DNA of 64,000 nucleotides from the NCBI GenBank assembly GCA_051362555.1, contig CM120641.1, positions 28,774,401 to 28,838,400 on the forward strand, written 5' to 3'. Below are positions 14,155-27,100 of this stretch, piece by piece. Positions within the stretch are counted from its first letter, which is position 1. The number at the start of each line of letters is the position of its first letter. This DNA is from Lingula anatina. Its lineage: Eukaryota > Animalia > Brachiopoda. Below the pieces are notes generated by a model. It was not told the DNA's origin. It saw only the letters and a list, made by a program, of their open reading frames with translations, and did no database searches. The position numbers and the translations under genes were made by a program.

Positions 14155-17099
14155 GACATCACTCTCTGTACATTCTTCTTATTCAGAATTTGTTGAGACT
14201 TTCTTAAACCAAGTTCAGAACCTTGCTATTTTCAATAAGCAGTCAATACTTTTTTCATTAATTCCGTCGGAATTAATCATGTTCTCTTATTGCTTTAAAG
14301 GACCAAACGGTTTTCAAGACAATTTATTTAACTTGCTATTTGATGGACTCTCGCCTTTGATTTCTATATTTCATGCTCGTGATCACGAGCTCAATGATTA
14401 ATAGATGTCAGAACTCTAATAAGGAAATGAGGAAGCAGTTTATGTAGACGTGTTCCTTCAATGGACAACCTATTGTATTTGATATTTAAAAAATGCAAAC
14501 AAATCAAAATAAACAACGAAAAAAATCATTTTTCTATATCTATACTGTCGGAACAAGGTATAATTTTATGGAGTGTAGTGACTAGAATACAAAGTTTCCA
14601 TTGTTGTTAAACAGTATCTGTGACATGGTCAAGTTAATGAGCAACCTCTGTTAAAAGGCCCTCTTTGATATGAAAGGTGGATCACCTTTACTAATGTTCA
14701 TCACGTAAAGGGAAGAGGAAATAAAAACTACTTGCATGCTATTGTTTACAAAGCTTGGATATGTGGCGTTGAAAACAGTGGATAAAACAACTCCGAAAGA
14801 AACACAATTATAATTTAACCACAAATAAATATTTTTGATTATCCAATGGTTTGAGTTATAAAGGTATGGTAATAAAAATAAGGAAAAGAATAAAAGGAAA
14901 TAAAAAGTACTAATGCTGCGGAATACAAATAAAATTACTCATGTTCATCGAGAGCGTGATTCAGAATATTTTTTTTTTTTTTACAAATAAGACAAGTTGC
15001 ACCATTGCTTAATTTCATAAGTTTTATAATCCAATGGTAAAAACAGAAACGAGTTTAACGAATGTATGCACCGTGATCAAGGAATCGCACGCAAGAAAAA
15101 AAGCTGCATATCAGCAATTCTGCTAACAAGACAACAAACCAGTGGTTTATCCCATCTCTTTCTCTTCCCCCACATCTAGGATGAACTCAAATATGTGACA
15201 ATATGGTGCATTTTGAAGGAACTCTACAATGACTTTGGAATAATTTTCGGGTTGAGGTCTGAACTCTTCATTTTGCGTTGGAACAAAAGGGTCGCGTATT
15301 CTTGACCTCGTGATAAAATATTAAAGTAGTTTTTTGATATTATTATTTATGCTTCGTTTATCAAATTATCAAGAGCAAAAGAGGCGCCAGATTACAAACG
15401 AATTTCACATGAACACGGAGGCCTAAAATAATTACATCCCAGGTTTCTTGCATTAAGATACCATTTCCACGCTTCACCTACTCGAGAAAACAATTCGTCT
15501 TCTGATTGTTCAATTTTCAAAACAACTTACAAATGATAAATAACGAAACGCAGATACCCCTACTTAATTAAAAAATGTATTTATTACCCTCAATAGCAAC
15601 TCACTCAGGCGTGAATACAACAAGGAGTGGACGTATCATCTGTCTGTAATATAAATTCCATAATGTACCAGATAATTATCAAAATGCACTCGCCAACGTG
15701 TGACACATGACGTGTGACCAATACCAACACCTTCACTCAATTTAATGATTATTGTATGCGGTTGATGATTTAATCAGACCCATATACTATATAGATATAA
15801 AGATATTCTCCTTGACATGCGATACATTATCAGACATATCTGGATTCAAGAATAAGTTATAGTCAATCTAGAGAACACAAATTTTACCCTGAATCATCAG
15901 GAATGAAGTAAATTATTAAGTGTGCAATCAATGCACATTACCCAGAGATGGAAACAGACCTCTCTGAAATTTTTCTTCATTTCAGAGACATTCTAAATAT
16001 TTTGTGCACAGAAAAAGGAAGAAACCCTCCAATAGGAGGAATTTTTCCTTTCCTTTTAACTCTAGCTTTAACTTCAAAGGTTTACAAATAATCTGTAGTG
16101 AATATTAATACACATAAACCAGGTCAAGCCAAAACCTATATGATGAACGTAATTTATTCTCTAGTGCCTTACGTATCTAACATATAAAAACTATCTATTC
16201 TTAACTTAAAATAAACTTAATGTAAACGCAGTGAAAGGTGTGTACTCTGACACTGTCCACGAAATGATTTCCATAAATTGACTCAATGCTGGCTATTCAA
16301 TGGCACATTGAAAACTTGTAATTCCTGATGCCTCAAAGAAGGCGCCTTTGACATTACAGATAGTAATTATATAGCGAAAGTTTTAAACCTTTTACCAATA
16401 TTTTTTTACAATTTGCTCAATTTATGTGACATTCATATTTAAAACACCAGCCTAATTTGCACAAGAGGTATAATCTGTAAATGGACATTTCTCCAAATGC
16501 TCTTTTGAAAACGGAATTACCATTCAGTTGGGATTAACCGCTCTTTAAGACTAACCACATGAGACATTTTATCTGAAAATATTCATTAAATTTCAAAATT
16601 TTATCATACTGGCAGGAAAGGTAGAATGCAGGAATCAAGTCCACCAAGTTTTATTACCTTTCAAAAATTTTTAGTGTATTCCATTGGCAAAATCCCGAAC
16701 AATTTTAAATGGAATACTTCCCTTCGCACTTTAATAATCACACGAAAATTACCCTGCCCATCTCCCTTTTCGTTTGAACTGTTCACCGATACACTTGGTT
16801 CCTTCGTCTAGTGTTAACCACTTGGTTATCAAAATCATCACTGCGTACACACCTGTGATATTAGTGTTATGAGCTAATCTGATACGTGTCTGAAAGAATG
16901 GCATTAAGTCAGGGACATGGGCGGAGTTCGGTCATATGGTCAGCTCCACTAATGACAGAGGCGAAGATAAACGGCCAAGTAGGGTGCGATTAAAAAAAAC
17001 TCACGTTTTATTCCTTTTACCTCATTACTGTTCACAGTTGGTATGATATAGGTAACAACACAGTCCCCAAACCAATATTATTCGACTAATGCTCAGAAG

Positions 17100-20000
17100 T
17101 TACTTCCTGAAGTACCTCATAGAATAACGCCCTCCGTATCTATTTGGCAACCTATTATTGTTGAAGTAGTATCTCTGTGAGGGTCGACCGTATGCTCTAT
17201 AATTGAAATTTCGATAAATCTGCCTGATTGGGTTGTACTTGGGAGTTCTTGACAATTGGACCGTGCCCACGGCTGCATGAGCCTGCTGTCTTGGTTGGCG
17301 GTAAGTGCTGGGTTGAGGTTGGTCTCGCCATAGAGTGAGGTCAATTCTGGGTAGAGTTGTGCAGTCCACACGAGAGTTGCCCACTCCCCTATACAGCATA
17401 CTCAGATGGTAGGCCTGGGACGCTTTGAAGCTGAAAAACGAAAAAGTGGAGCAACCATTTAAGCTGGGGGTAACATTTTGACAAAGGCAGTGGTGAAATA
17501 TTGAGAAGACGTGGGCCACTATTCACCCCACGTTTACAAAAATTTTTAAAGAAAATCGGAGACATTGCACAATAATTCTTTGGGCCTCTCATCATCCTTT
17601 ATCCCTCTTGAAAAGGGGCGAAAGCTACATGTACAGCCCAACTGCCAATTTATACTGAAAAAAGATGGGCGCCGTGTACCCACCGTATCTGGGTGATAAC
17701 AGATTAAACATAACCCGATTCAACTGTTTTAAAACATAAAAAACTATATGATATAAAACTTCACCTAAGTGTAGTATACTTATTAGACACTTACTTTGGT
17801 GTACGGATGATATCCTCGAAAGCTCTCAGCATAGCTTTTGGCTGGATGGTCAGGACTTTGTCGCAATTGTCGGTGATGATACGTGAAAAGGACGTCTTTT
17901 TGATAGACTGCAGTTGCTTCAGTGTGAATCCAGCTTGCTTGTTCTCGTACCAGAAACGGTCGCCATCTCTGCTGCGAATGAATTGCTCTGCAATGATGCA
18001 GGCAAATGTGGGTCCCACTGTAGCGCCAGGGAGGTTTTCCTCTACCAGACCGCCGGCCCAGGAATCAACATCGTCTGGATGCCTAAAAATTGGAAAAAAA
18101 TTAAATACATTGGTCTATCAACAGTGTTTTAATCGATCTTTCGTGAATGTATTAACTGGACAATTATCCTTCCGGATTAATAACTGAATGAAGTATTTAA
18201 TGAGGAATTAAAACATTTACCTGTTAAAAATCTTGTACATCACTTTGGTATGGGCGCATAAACCTGACGATGGTTTTCTAGGGCAAATGACTTAATTTAG
18301 TGAGTCATTTATGCTCACCTTTTACCTTTACCATTATTAAAAAATAATGTAAATACGATAACAAAAATACTTGCCTGTACAACATCTTTAGTTTTTCGAC
18401 TGATTCATAATTTATTCTAAATTCCCTTGGTCCGCTCATAAAGTCCTCAAATGTTTTTGCTCTGTTTCCCCCGCAAAGCTCTCTCCAAAGATTATAGCCT
18501 GTAATGCGAGGTTATAATTAATAAAAGAAACTCCAGTGGTGATTTGAGAGATTGATGAAAAGAATAACGCATCACATCGCGACCAAAACAGCGTCCGCAC
18601 TTACTTTATATGCATGGTGATTGTAATTGGGATTCGCATATAATGTTACCAGGCATCAAATCTAGTTATGTTTTTTTAACACCTAAAAGACACGAGAAAT
18701 GACATGAAAGCAGTTTTAGGACGTTTTCATTGCAGACATATTACTCTATATTAGTCTATGTGCTTATAATGTTATGACAAAGCCCCACTATATAGAGAAA
18801 TGTTTCAGTCGTATGCACCACCTCCATCGTCTAGCTTTTTATCCATTCCAAATTCAAAGACACATTGTTCGTTGTGAAAACGTCACGGTATATTGCGTCT
18901 GTAGTTGCAATGTCCAGTGATGGTGTTTATGCATCTTAAACATCAAACATCTGTCCAAAGTTGATAAATGAGGAAAATATTTAGATTGCATTTTTTTTTT
19001 TTTTTTTTTGAGGTATGGAATTTTATCATAATTGTTAAGTACGGGGTCGGGGGTGCTAAACTGCCCCAAGCAACTGTATTCTAATTTGTTCCCTGACAGG
19101 GACAGAACAGAGAGAGATGGCAACGCAAATGACCACGTCGCGTCAAACCGTGAAAGGACTTACGTCTGGCCAATGAAGTTGTCTTTGACAGCCTCGTGTG
19201 TCACGCAGAGTTTAGGTGACGCGAGTGTGAGTGTTTCTGAACTCGTCTAACATACCTGGAATGCCGTGATCTCTTCCACGCTGATTGTTTAACATAGCCA
19301 AATCCGTTCCAATGCCGTGTGGAGGGTTCTCGGCAAACATGTGTAGGGTGACTTGTTTGGTCATAAAGCGATCTGTGTTCTCACATTCTTGATCTAGCAT
19401 GCCAGAGACAATGGAGTCAATGCCTCCTTCTTCGTACTTGTACACCAAGGCAGGACGACGGAATACCTATAAGGCAAACAGAGTCATGCACTGTAGATAT
19501 GCCTTAATTGTACGGGAAAACGAGATAATACTTGTTTGTGAAAACTATTTCTAAAAGATTTGCAAGGCAGAAGAATTTAGCATTATGCCATCTTTATTAC
19601 CAACAAAGCAGTACGAGGGATATTAAACATTTTCATGCCTATTTTTAGGTTCATACTCGAAATTACACTCTTCACTTATCTCTCAAGGTCAGGACTTTAA
19701 AACAATATTTCAGCTCTTTCGCCATGATATAATTCACGGCATAGACGGGGTGAGCTGATAGGTGGCACACTCACCGATGAGAATTCGTGATCTTTTATGA
19801 TGTTATGATAAACATCTGTGCGCCTATGTTTGGTCGGGATGGTGCTGTGGCCAAAACGAAAAGCAGATGTTGCAAAAACGTTGCTGATGCCAGCATTCAC
19901 ATTTTCTTTGTATCCTGCAACAACAAGAGAGATTTGCTGTTAACGTAGTCTAGGTAATATATAATATCTCGCGAAACTTATTAAACGAATTGAACTTTCA

Positions 20001-21091
20001 GGTTTTTTATTTGAAATCGTCGTCATATGCTATATGTCATAGTTAGTATGATGCATGGCCAGCGAATACTTAACCAGACAAGCGGAAAGAAAACGTGAGA
20101 AAATATCATTTTATTGGCACAAATTAATCTTTTGTCTATTATGACCAAGTTCAACAAGTTTAAGAATAAACTATTTGCATCACGATAGATATGAATCAAT
20201 ATTAGAAATAACGAGATACATGACCTTCCTCAGGCGAGGATCATCACGTTAAGATAAGGCATTTAAAATATTTCAGTTAAAGAGAACTGCCATCTCACCT
20301 GTATAATAACCGTCTTTAAGGGGGTTTAGGCGGTACCGATCCATCATTATTGGGCCGATGACAACTGGTAGGTATTCCTTGTACACAATATATTGCCATT
20401 GAGCGATGTTGATCCTTCTTGCCTCTTGATAAAGAGTTTCTCCTCCCCAGTGGGGGTTTAGTTTGTGGAGTTCCTCCTCAAGACGGTTATGCTCTCTCGT
20501 GAACAGCGTATGAAAAGCTGTCAGCCCAATGTGTTCATTAAGACGTTTATCGCCTGTGCAAGAAAAGAATGTGTATTTGAAGTTCAACTTATTTAGAGGT
20601 GTAAAATGAATAAGATAGGTTCTTGATGAAAGGTTAAAAAAAGTAGACCTTATATTAAAATTCATTTTGTCGGATCTTATATGAAGTGGAACACCTTTTA
20701 GAATAACGATTAAAATCAAATACACATAACCAAGAGTGCTGTATGATTTTAAAATAGATTCATTTCACTGAAGTGTATGTATTACCCGCCATAAAGCATT
20801 TGATGACGTCATCCGTATCCCGGCAAGCCTTGACTGCGGCCTGTGGCAGCAATGGTTTTAATCCGCGAGTAAGTGGATGCTGTTTCATTTTCATTTTTCC
20901 TCTCGCTTTAAACAAATAAGAAATTATTTCATTTACTTATTGATTTCAAAATGCAGTTACAACTGCGGTTTTTTCATGCATTTAACAAGCAGTACATTTA
21001 ACAAGGTAAGCTGAATAAAAGTGTTACTTTTGAACACAATTTAGTTTAAAACAACTTGGACACGAAAATGTTATTTGTCTGTACTCATTCA

Positions 21092-21137
<46 letters not shown>

Positions 21138-24100
21138 CACTCAGTGAGGTTTTAAGGGCAGACGTCTTGCGTGTATTTACCGGTTTGTTTCATCATCTAC
21201 AAGTTATGAAGTAATAAACGTTTTTTCCATCTTTTAAAAAATTAGATAAACTGATATTGCTCATATACTTTGTGGGTTTAGTAAGTAAATGTTTTAACCG
21301 TATGTTGTGAAAATGTATAAATATATGCATTATCACTTTCAATCAAAATCGACGAGGAAATATAATTGTTGGCCTTGTGGATTGGTTTTCTTATCAAAAA
21401 TCCAGCTTTTTATTCTTTTTCTGTTCCGTAGACATTTTCACTTTTACCTGGGTCTTTGTCGTCTCTTAACTTGGCGGCATCTTCGTCAGTATTTCCATAA
21501 ACAAGGGAAAGATCCAGATATGCTGTAATGACGTTCAACTGTTCTTGGGGGCCTAAAATGAAACCGCATATAATAAATTGGAAATGTGTGTGTCGAATAA
21601 GCACTTTGTAGATTACATGCAAAATAGATTCATTAGTTTTCAATAACCAAATCTCTCCAACTCAAACTTCAGGTTATTACATGATAAATAACAGTATAAC
21701 AGATTCCCAAAAATATACGGTCTTGATTGCAGTGCAAAACTACTGGAGGGAGCTTACTTTTTCTATGGTAAAGAGGCTGAAGTCATTGATAATAAGCCTA
21801 AAAGGGAGAAAGTAATAACATTTTTAAACATAGTACTCGGCAATCATGCTCACCAAATTCGCAGTTGTCTCTGGGAGCAGCGGAACTGCGGACAAACTTG
21901 AAGCATGGCTTATCCACATTGTCTGGGTCACCTTTGTGGACGAACACGGGGGAGCATGCATCCAGTTCATCAGCGCCTTTGTCACATCCGTCAGTGCCGC
22001 ATTCTACGTCAATTACCTCAGCGTTGCCGTCTGAAATAAAATAGTAAGTTGCGAGTCTGTATCTGGCCTATCTATCGTTCTCTAGTGACATTGTTTAAAC
22101 CTGCGAAACCCTTTGTTGGTAATGCCAGGAATGATGCATATTCATAGTTCAGTGTCAAAAATTCAAATATTTGTCATTTTAAGATTTTGCAACAGATACT
22201 TTATATTTTCGGTTCTGAATATACGCCCATAATAATTGAAATTATAACCTTTTTGCCACGTTAAATGAAAACACATTAAGCCGAAGGAAACAAATAAATT
22301 ATGCTGCAGTGCGAAAAATAAAAATTCACACAGGATAAAGAAGTCTAAACCGTTATCATGCGACAGATGTCAAACTACTTGGTATTTTAGTGCTTTAATT
22401 CACTTCAATTTGAGAAAATTAAGTAAAGTGAATAGGCGAAGTTATGAAATGCGTGCAAGAAGCCATTACGTATTTATGCTCAATCTTCTGTATTACAATT
22501 AAGTTGTCCTCATATATTTTTCGCCTAAAGCCAGACACATTTCAGTTGAATGAATCATTGTTTAAAGCTCATTTGTCTTTAATTCACACGGTATCTTGTG
22601 TTGAAGCACCGTACCATTCACAAGCCATGTAATAACTTGTTTCCACGAATACCGTAGGTATTTATGAATTAATCTTCATGTGTCCCAGATAAATCGACCT
22701 AATACTTCCCCGTTAACCCAATATCACGTATGTTTAAGGTACCCCAAAATGATAAGCAAATTCCTACCATCATCTGCTTTGATGATTTTGGCCACCGGTA
22801 TTTGGTCCATGTCGTGGTCAAGAAACTGTCCGAAGGTCATTGTCGACATGGTCACCAGCGCGCTGGGATTACTGGAGTCTTCATGGAGCAGCGTACTGAC
22901 CACTCGGGCACTGGGCAGTGGCCTACCGTCCTCTGCATTTCGCAAAGCGCTGACACCTAGACGAACAGACAAATTCAACGTCAAGTTTAAATTGGCCCAG
23001 TTGAAGAATGAATCAGATAAGGTCTTCACGAAATTTTTCAATGTGGATATTGTGAAAATTGAACGTGATATTTTCTACTTTCAATCAACATGTATGTTCA
23101 CACACTGTACGTACATGTAACTTGAACTCCGCTATCAAAATAAAAAAATCTAGGGTTGGTTTTTAATTTCTTATTCCATTAACTCTATTTGCATTCTAAT
23201 TTCAATTTCTATTAAGAACAAAAAAAGGGTGTCGTGCTAACGTGAAGTATCTTATGGTCTCTGCATGACCTCAAGATTTTTATCTTTTGTGAAAAAGATG
23301 AAGTAATTGATAAATAACCCAAGCCAACACAGGGATGTAGGGTTTGATAAGAAGGTCTTGACGCGACGTTAAATCTAATGAATTAGAAGTTCCTTAATTT
23401 CGCCCCCACCGCCAACAAATGATTTGATCAGGTAATCACTACCCTTATACAGTATAATCAACACACCAAGCAAAAGCATTAAAAAACTTACCGTCCCCTT
23501 AATTTCGCCCTTAATTTCCTTAATTTCCTTAATTTCGCCCCCACCGCCAACAAATGATTTGATCAGGTAATCACTACCCTTATACAGTATAATCAACACA
23601 CCAAGCAAAAGCATTAAAAAACTTACCGTCCCCATAGTTAGCAGGTAACAGCCTCCTCATTGGCTTAAATGACTGCCCCCATCCTGGGTTACGGAGATTA
23701 TTACATGACCCGTTAATAGTGCGGTACTTGGCGTAAGGGTCACAGCTATAAGTCTCCGTTGGGCACACGTTAGGTGAAATTCCTATCCCATCAAACGTTG
23801 GAGTAAATGATGTAGAAAGGCCTTTTAGAACTGTTCCTCTAGGGATGTTGAACCTGCAGGGCAAAAAAACATTTATTATTCCGTAGTAAATTTATTTACA
23901 GCTGCGTGTTAGTACACTATTTCCTTTATATTATTCATGAAAATGATAACCCGTTAATTCAGAGAGATGGGCCAGGATGCCCGCGGCTAAAAGTCGCCCA
24001 TTCCCGAAATTAAACAGTATAGCTTTGTCATTAACACCCCGAGACCCACTGTCTGCCAGAAACTAACCTTCACTATCAAAATATCCATGCCATTTATGAA

Positions 24101-27100
24101 TAGCTGAAGAGAGTGTAGTGACGCCAGAACTCTGAAGCTCAGGGTAAATTTTTACTTGAAGCGTTTTTACATGGCATTTATACGATGGAATTAAACCATA
24201 TTCATCAGAAATATTAAACATAGACCATTTCAACAGCTACAAAGATATATTTACTTGCTGATAAGCTCCCTGTACACCTGATGCTGAAGCTTTGCCGATG
24301 TGTCCAAGATTTTTGTCTTTAGATCACCACCTTTTATGTTTGCTACCATTGCGAACGGATCTCCTCTTCTTCCTTAAAAAAGTGAGTTGTTTTCTCAGAT
24401 ACACACTGATTCCGAACACTCATTTCCATGACTGCTTAACACACGACATTTGTGAAGCTTTTATTATAAAGCAACTCGATGCGTTTTAGTATGTTAACTT
24501 TTTTTTTACTGAAAACCGGACTTATAAACGTACACAGTTTCTACAGGTATATCTAATACATTAAACGTAGCGTAGTTAGGTTACTATTCAAACGTTGTCG
24601 ACTATAACTTGACTAACACCCCATTCTCATAGATTAGATCGACCTACATTGGATCGACCTAACTCCCTGGGGGTTCACGCTAAATAGCTGTCAGCCGGGC
24701 GGACACGAAAGTTAATTACCCCTTATAGCTTGTAGTAGGCGGGGACGGACACTTAAGGCGGATTATCTGACAGTAATCTAGTGAGACTCCCCGCGGTGAT
24801 AGATCGATCTAAAAGTTGTGAGAACAGAGCCTAACACCCCATTCTCATAGATTAGATCGACCTACATTGGATCGACCTAACTCCCTGGGGGTTCACGCTA
24901 AATAGCTGTCAGCCGGGCGGACACGAAAGTTAATTACCCCTTAAAGCTTGTAGTAGGCGGGGACGGACACTTAAGGGGGATTATCTGACAGTAATCTAGT
25001 GAGACTCCCCGCGGTGATAGATCGATCTAAAAGTTGTGAGAACAGAGCCTAAGAGCGCATTAAGAACAGATGATCTGCGGACTAACTGATCCATGGACTT
25101 AACATGGTCGACCCCACTAAAAAGCAAGCCTCTTAATCCCCTCTGTTGCTCTCAATGCCTCCACATTAAACGGATTAAATCTAGACTCCGAAGTTTAGTT
25201 GCTACGCCCCTGCACGGATAGCGCGTGTGAAGGCTGGGAGACCATCAAGGCATTAGTCGAGATTGCTTTTAAGTGCGTCGGCCATATTTGATCCGCGGAT
25301 CTGTTATTCCGCAGATCAACTGTTCTGGGTGCACTCAAAGAAAAGAGTCTTTAAAAACACTTACCCCCTCTGGACTCCTTTGCGAATTTTCTTTCGCTTT
25401 CGATCAGTCTCTGAACGTAGGTCACCGCTCTTTGCTGCGCCACTGGCAGATAGGCGGAGATGGCGCTGTAGTCAAGTCCGGGTCCCGTGGCTGAAACAGA
25501 GCCTGGACGTAAATGGTGCTAAAGAAATATTTTATTTCTTAACAAATACATAGCCTATATCTGAATAAGCACGGGTTCTTTAGCTTGACCCATTAACATG
25601 CACTCCTTGACCTTATCAATCAGTGGTATTTGATTTGCGTGCACCCTGTGCCGGTGTAACGAAACTGAGGGTCCCTGTAACAGTAAGTCCGCCCCCCATT
25701 TAGTTATGATGGTTAGGGTTAGCCTGACCTAAGTGGGCCAAAATCTAGGGCGAGGCTTCCCTGTACAATGAATGGGAAGCTGACTCTCTATCATAGGGGA
25801 CTCTCTGTTCGTTACACCGGCACATTTAACTTAGAAATAAAAAATGGCATGTGTTAAATTATGGATTAAAACTGGCCCATCAAAGCATAGAAGTAGAGAA
25901 AACTAAATGCTGTACAACGTGACGTATAGGCAACTAACAGGGATGTTTGCTGTGCAGTAAATATTGAAACAATCGAAGATGGTGGTTGTACAAGGCACCG
26001 AGAAAATGGCGATAACAATACGAGCAACTGTTTGTACTTGGTACATCTTTCTCTCGCGGATTATAAAACATATCAAAATATGAAAACCTGAAACTGACTC
26101 ATGCCTCTTGTTTAACCGAGGCATGGTGGATGATATACCTTTATAGTATGAAACTCAAGTGTTGTTAAAACAACACTTAGTAGATGTAACACGTATGCAC
26201 AGACCACTGTGCAATAAAATAAGAAAAAATGAGCAAATATTCATACTCGTGTAAAAAATGGCACATAAATGCACGCTTGAGGATACGATACCATAAACAC
26301 CGCCATACTGGTAATACAACCCATAAAGAGGCATACTGGATGATACACCTAGATAGTATGAAACTCAAGTATTCAGCAATCTTGTAGCAGCAGTACATGT
26401 AACAACAAAGTACAGTTCACGGTTGTATATGTCTAAAAGAATCCACTCACCATAGCAGAGCGCGGTAAGAACCAATACGCCTGTAGAGATCAACCTGAAA
26501 AGAGAAAAATCCTTGTCAGACATACTCACATACCATCAACACGATTTTGGAGTAACCTCCCGCCGGATAAATGTAAAACGTGAGTCTTCACCCTTTGGCT
26601 ATAAACACTACTGGTACATGTATACGATAAAACATCAGCGTGATCAAAGACTTGATATGATATTTAAATCTGGATGTGTCTTGTAGCAAAGTGTATTTAT
26701 TGTTTATTGTGACTTTTCATGTGCATTTTCATGATTGTTTTGTAACACAACATGGTGTAATTAAAATGCTTGGATTAAAATTTTTCGTGCTAATTCAAAA
26801 ATTATGAGTTATGTCTATAATACGTCGAGAAACGATTACTTGAATAAAATTAATATGTTGGTAAAACAAATTGTAAATAAATTGCTCTTGAAACTACGGT
26901 TTAATTCTTTTTCTTTAATTATATTAGCGCACAGCATACAATAATATATGATGATAAATGACACCCTGATCTTTGTCTCGTGATGTAACGTGGTTTAAAG
27001 TGCGTGTGCACGTGAAACAATACCTTATGTAAAAGCTTACTGTCTATGTACAAAGGACTACTGTTTCACAAATGCACGTTCAGTATAAACAAAGGAAGAG

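Noticed and set aside
23375-23635. 86-aa ORF with an internal repeat
   Set aside because: By-product of the intronic tandem duplication, in a frame other than the peroxidase.
25711-25722. GGTTAGGGTTAG as interstitial telomere
   Set aside because: Only two units, located inside a MITE.
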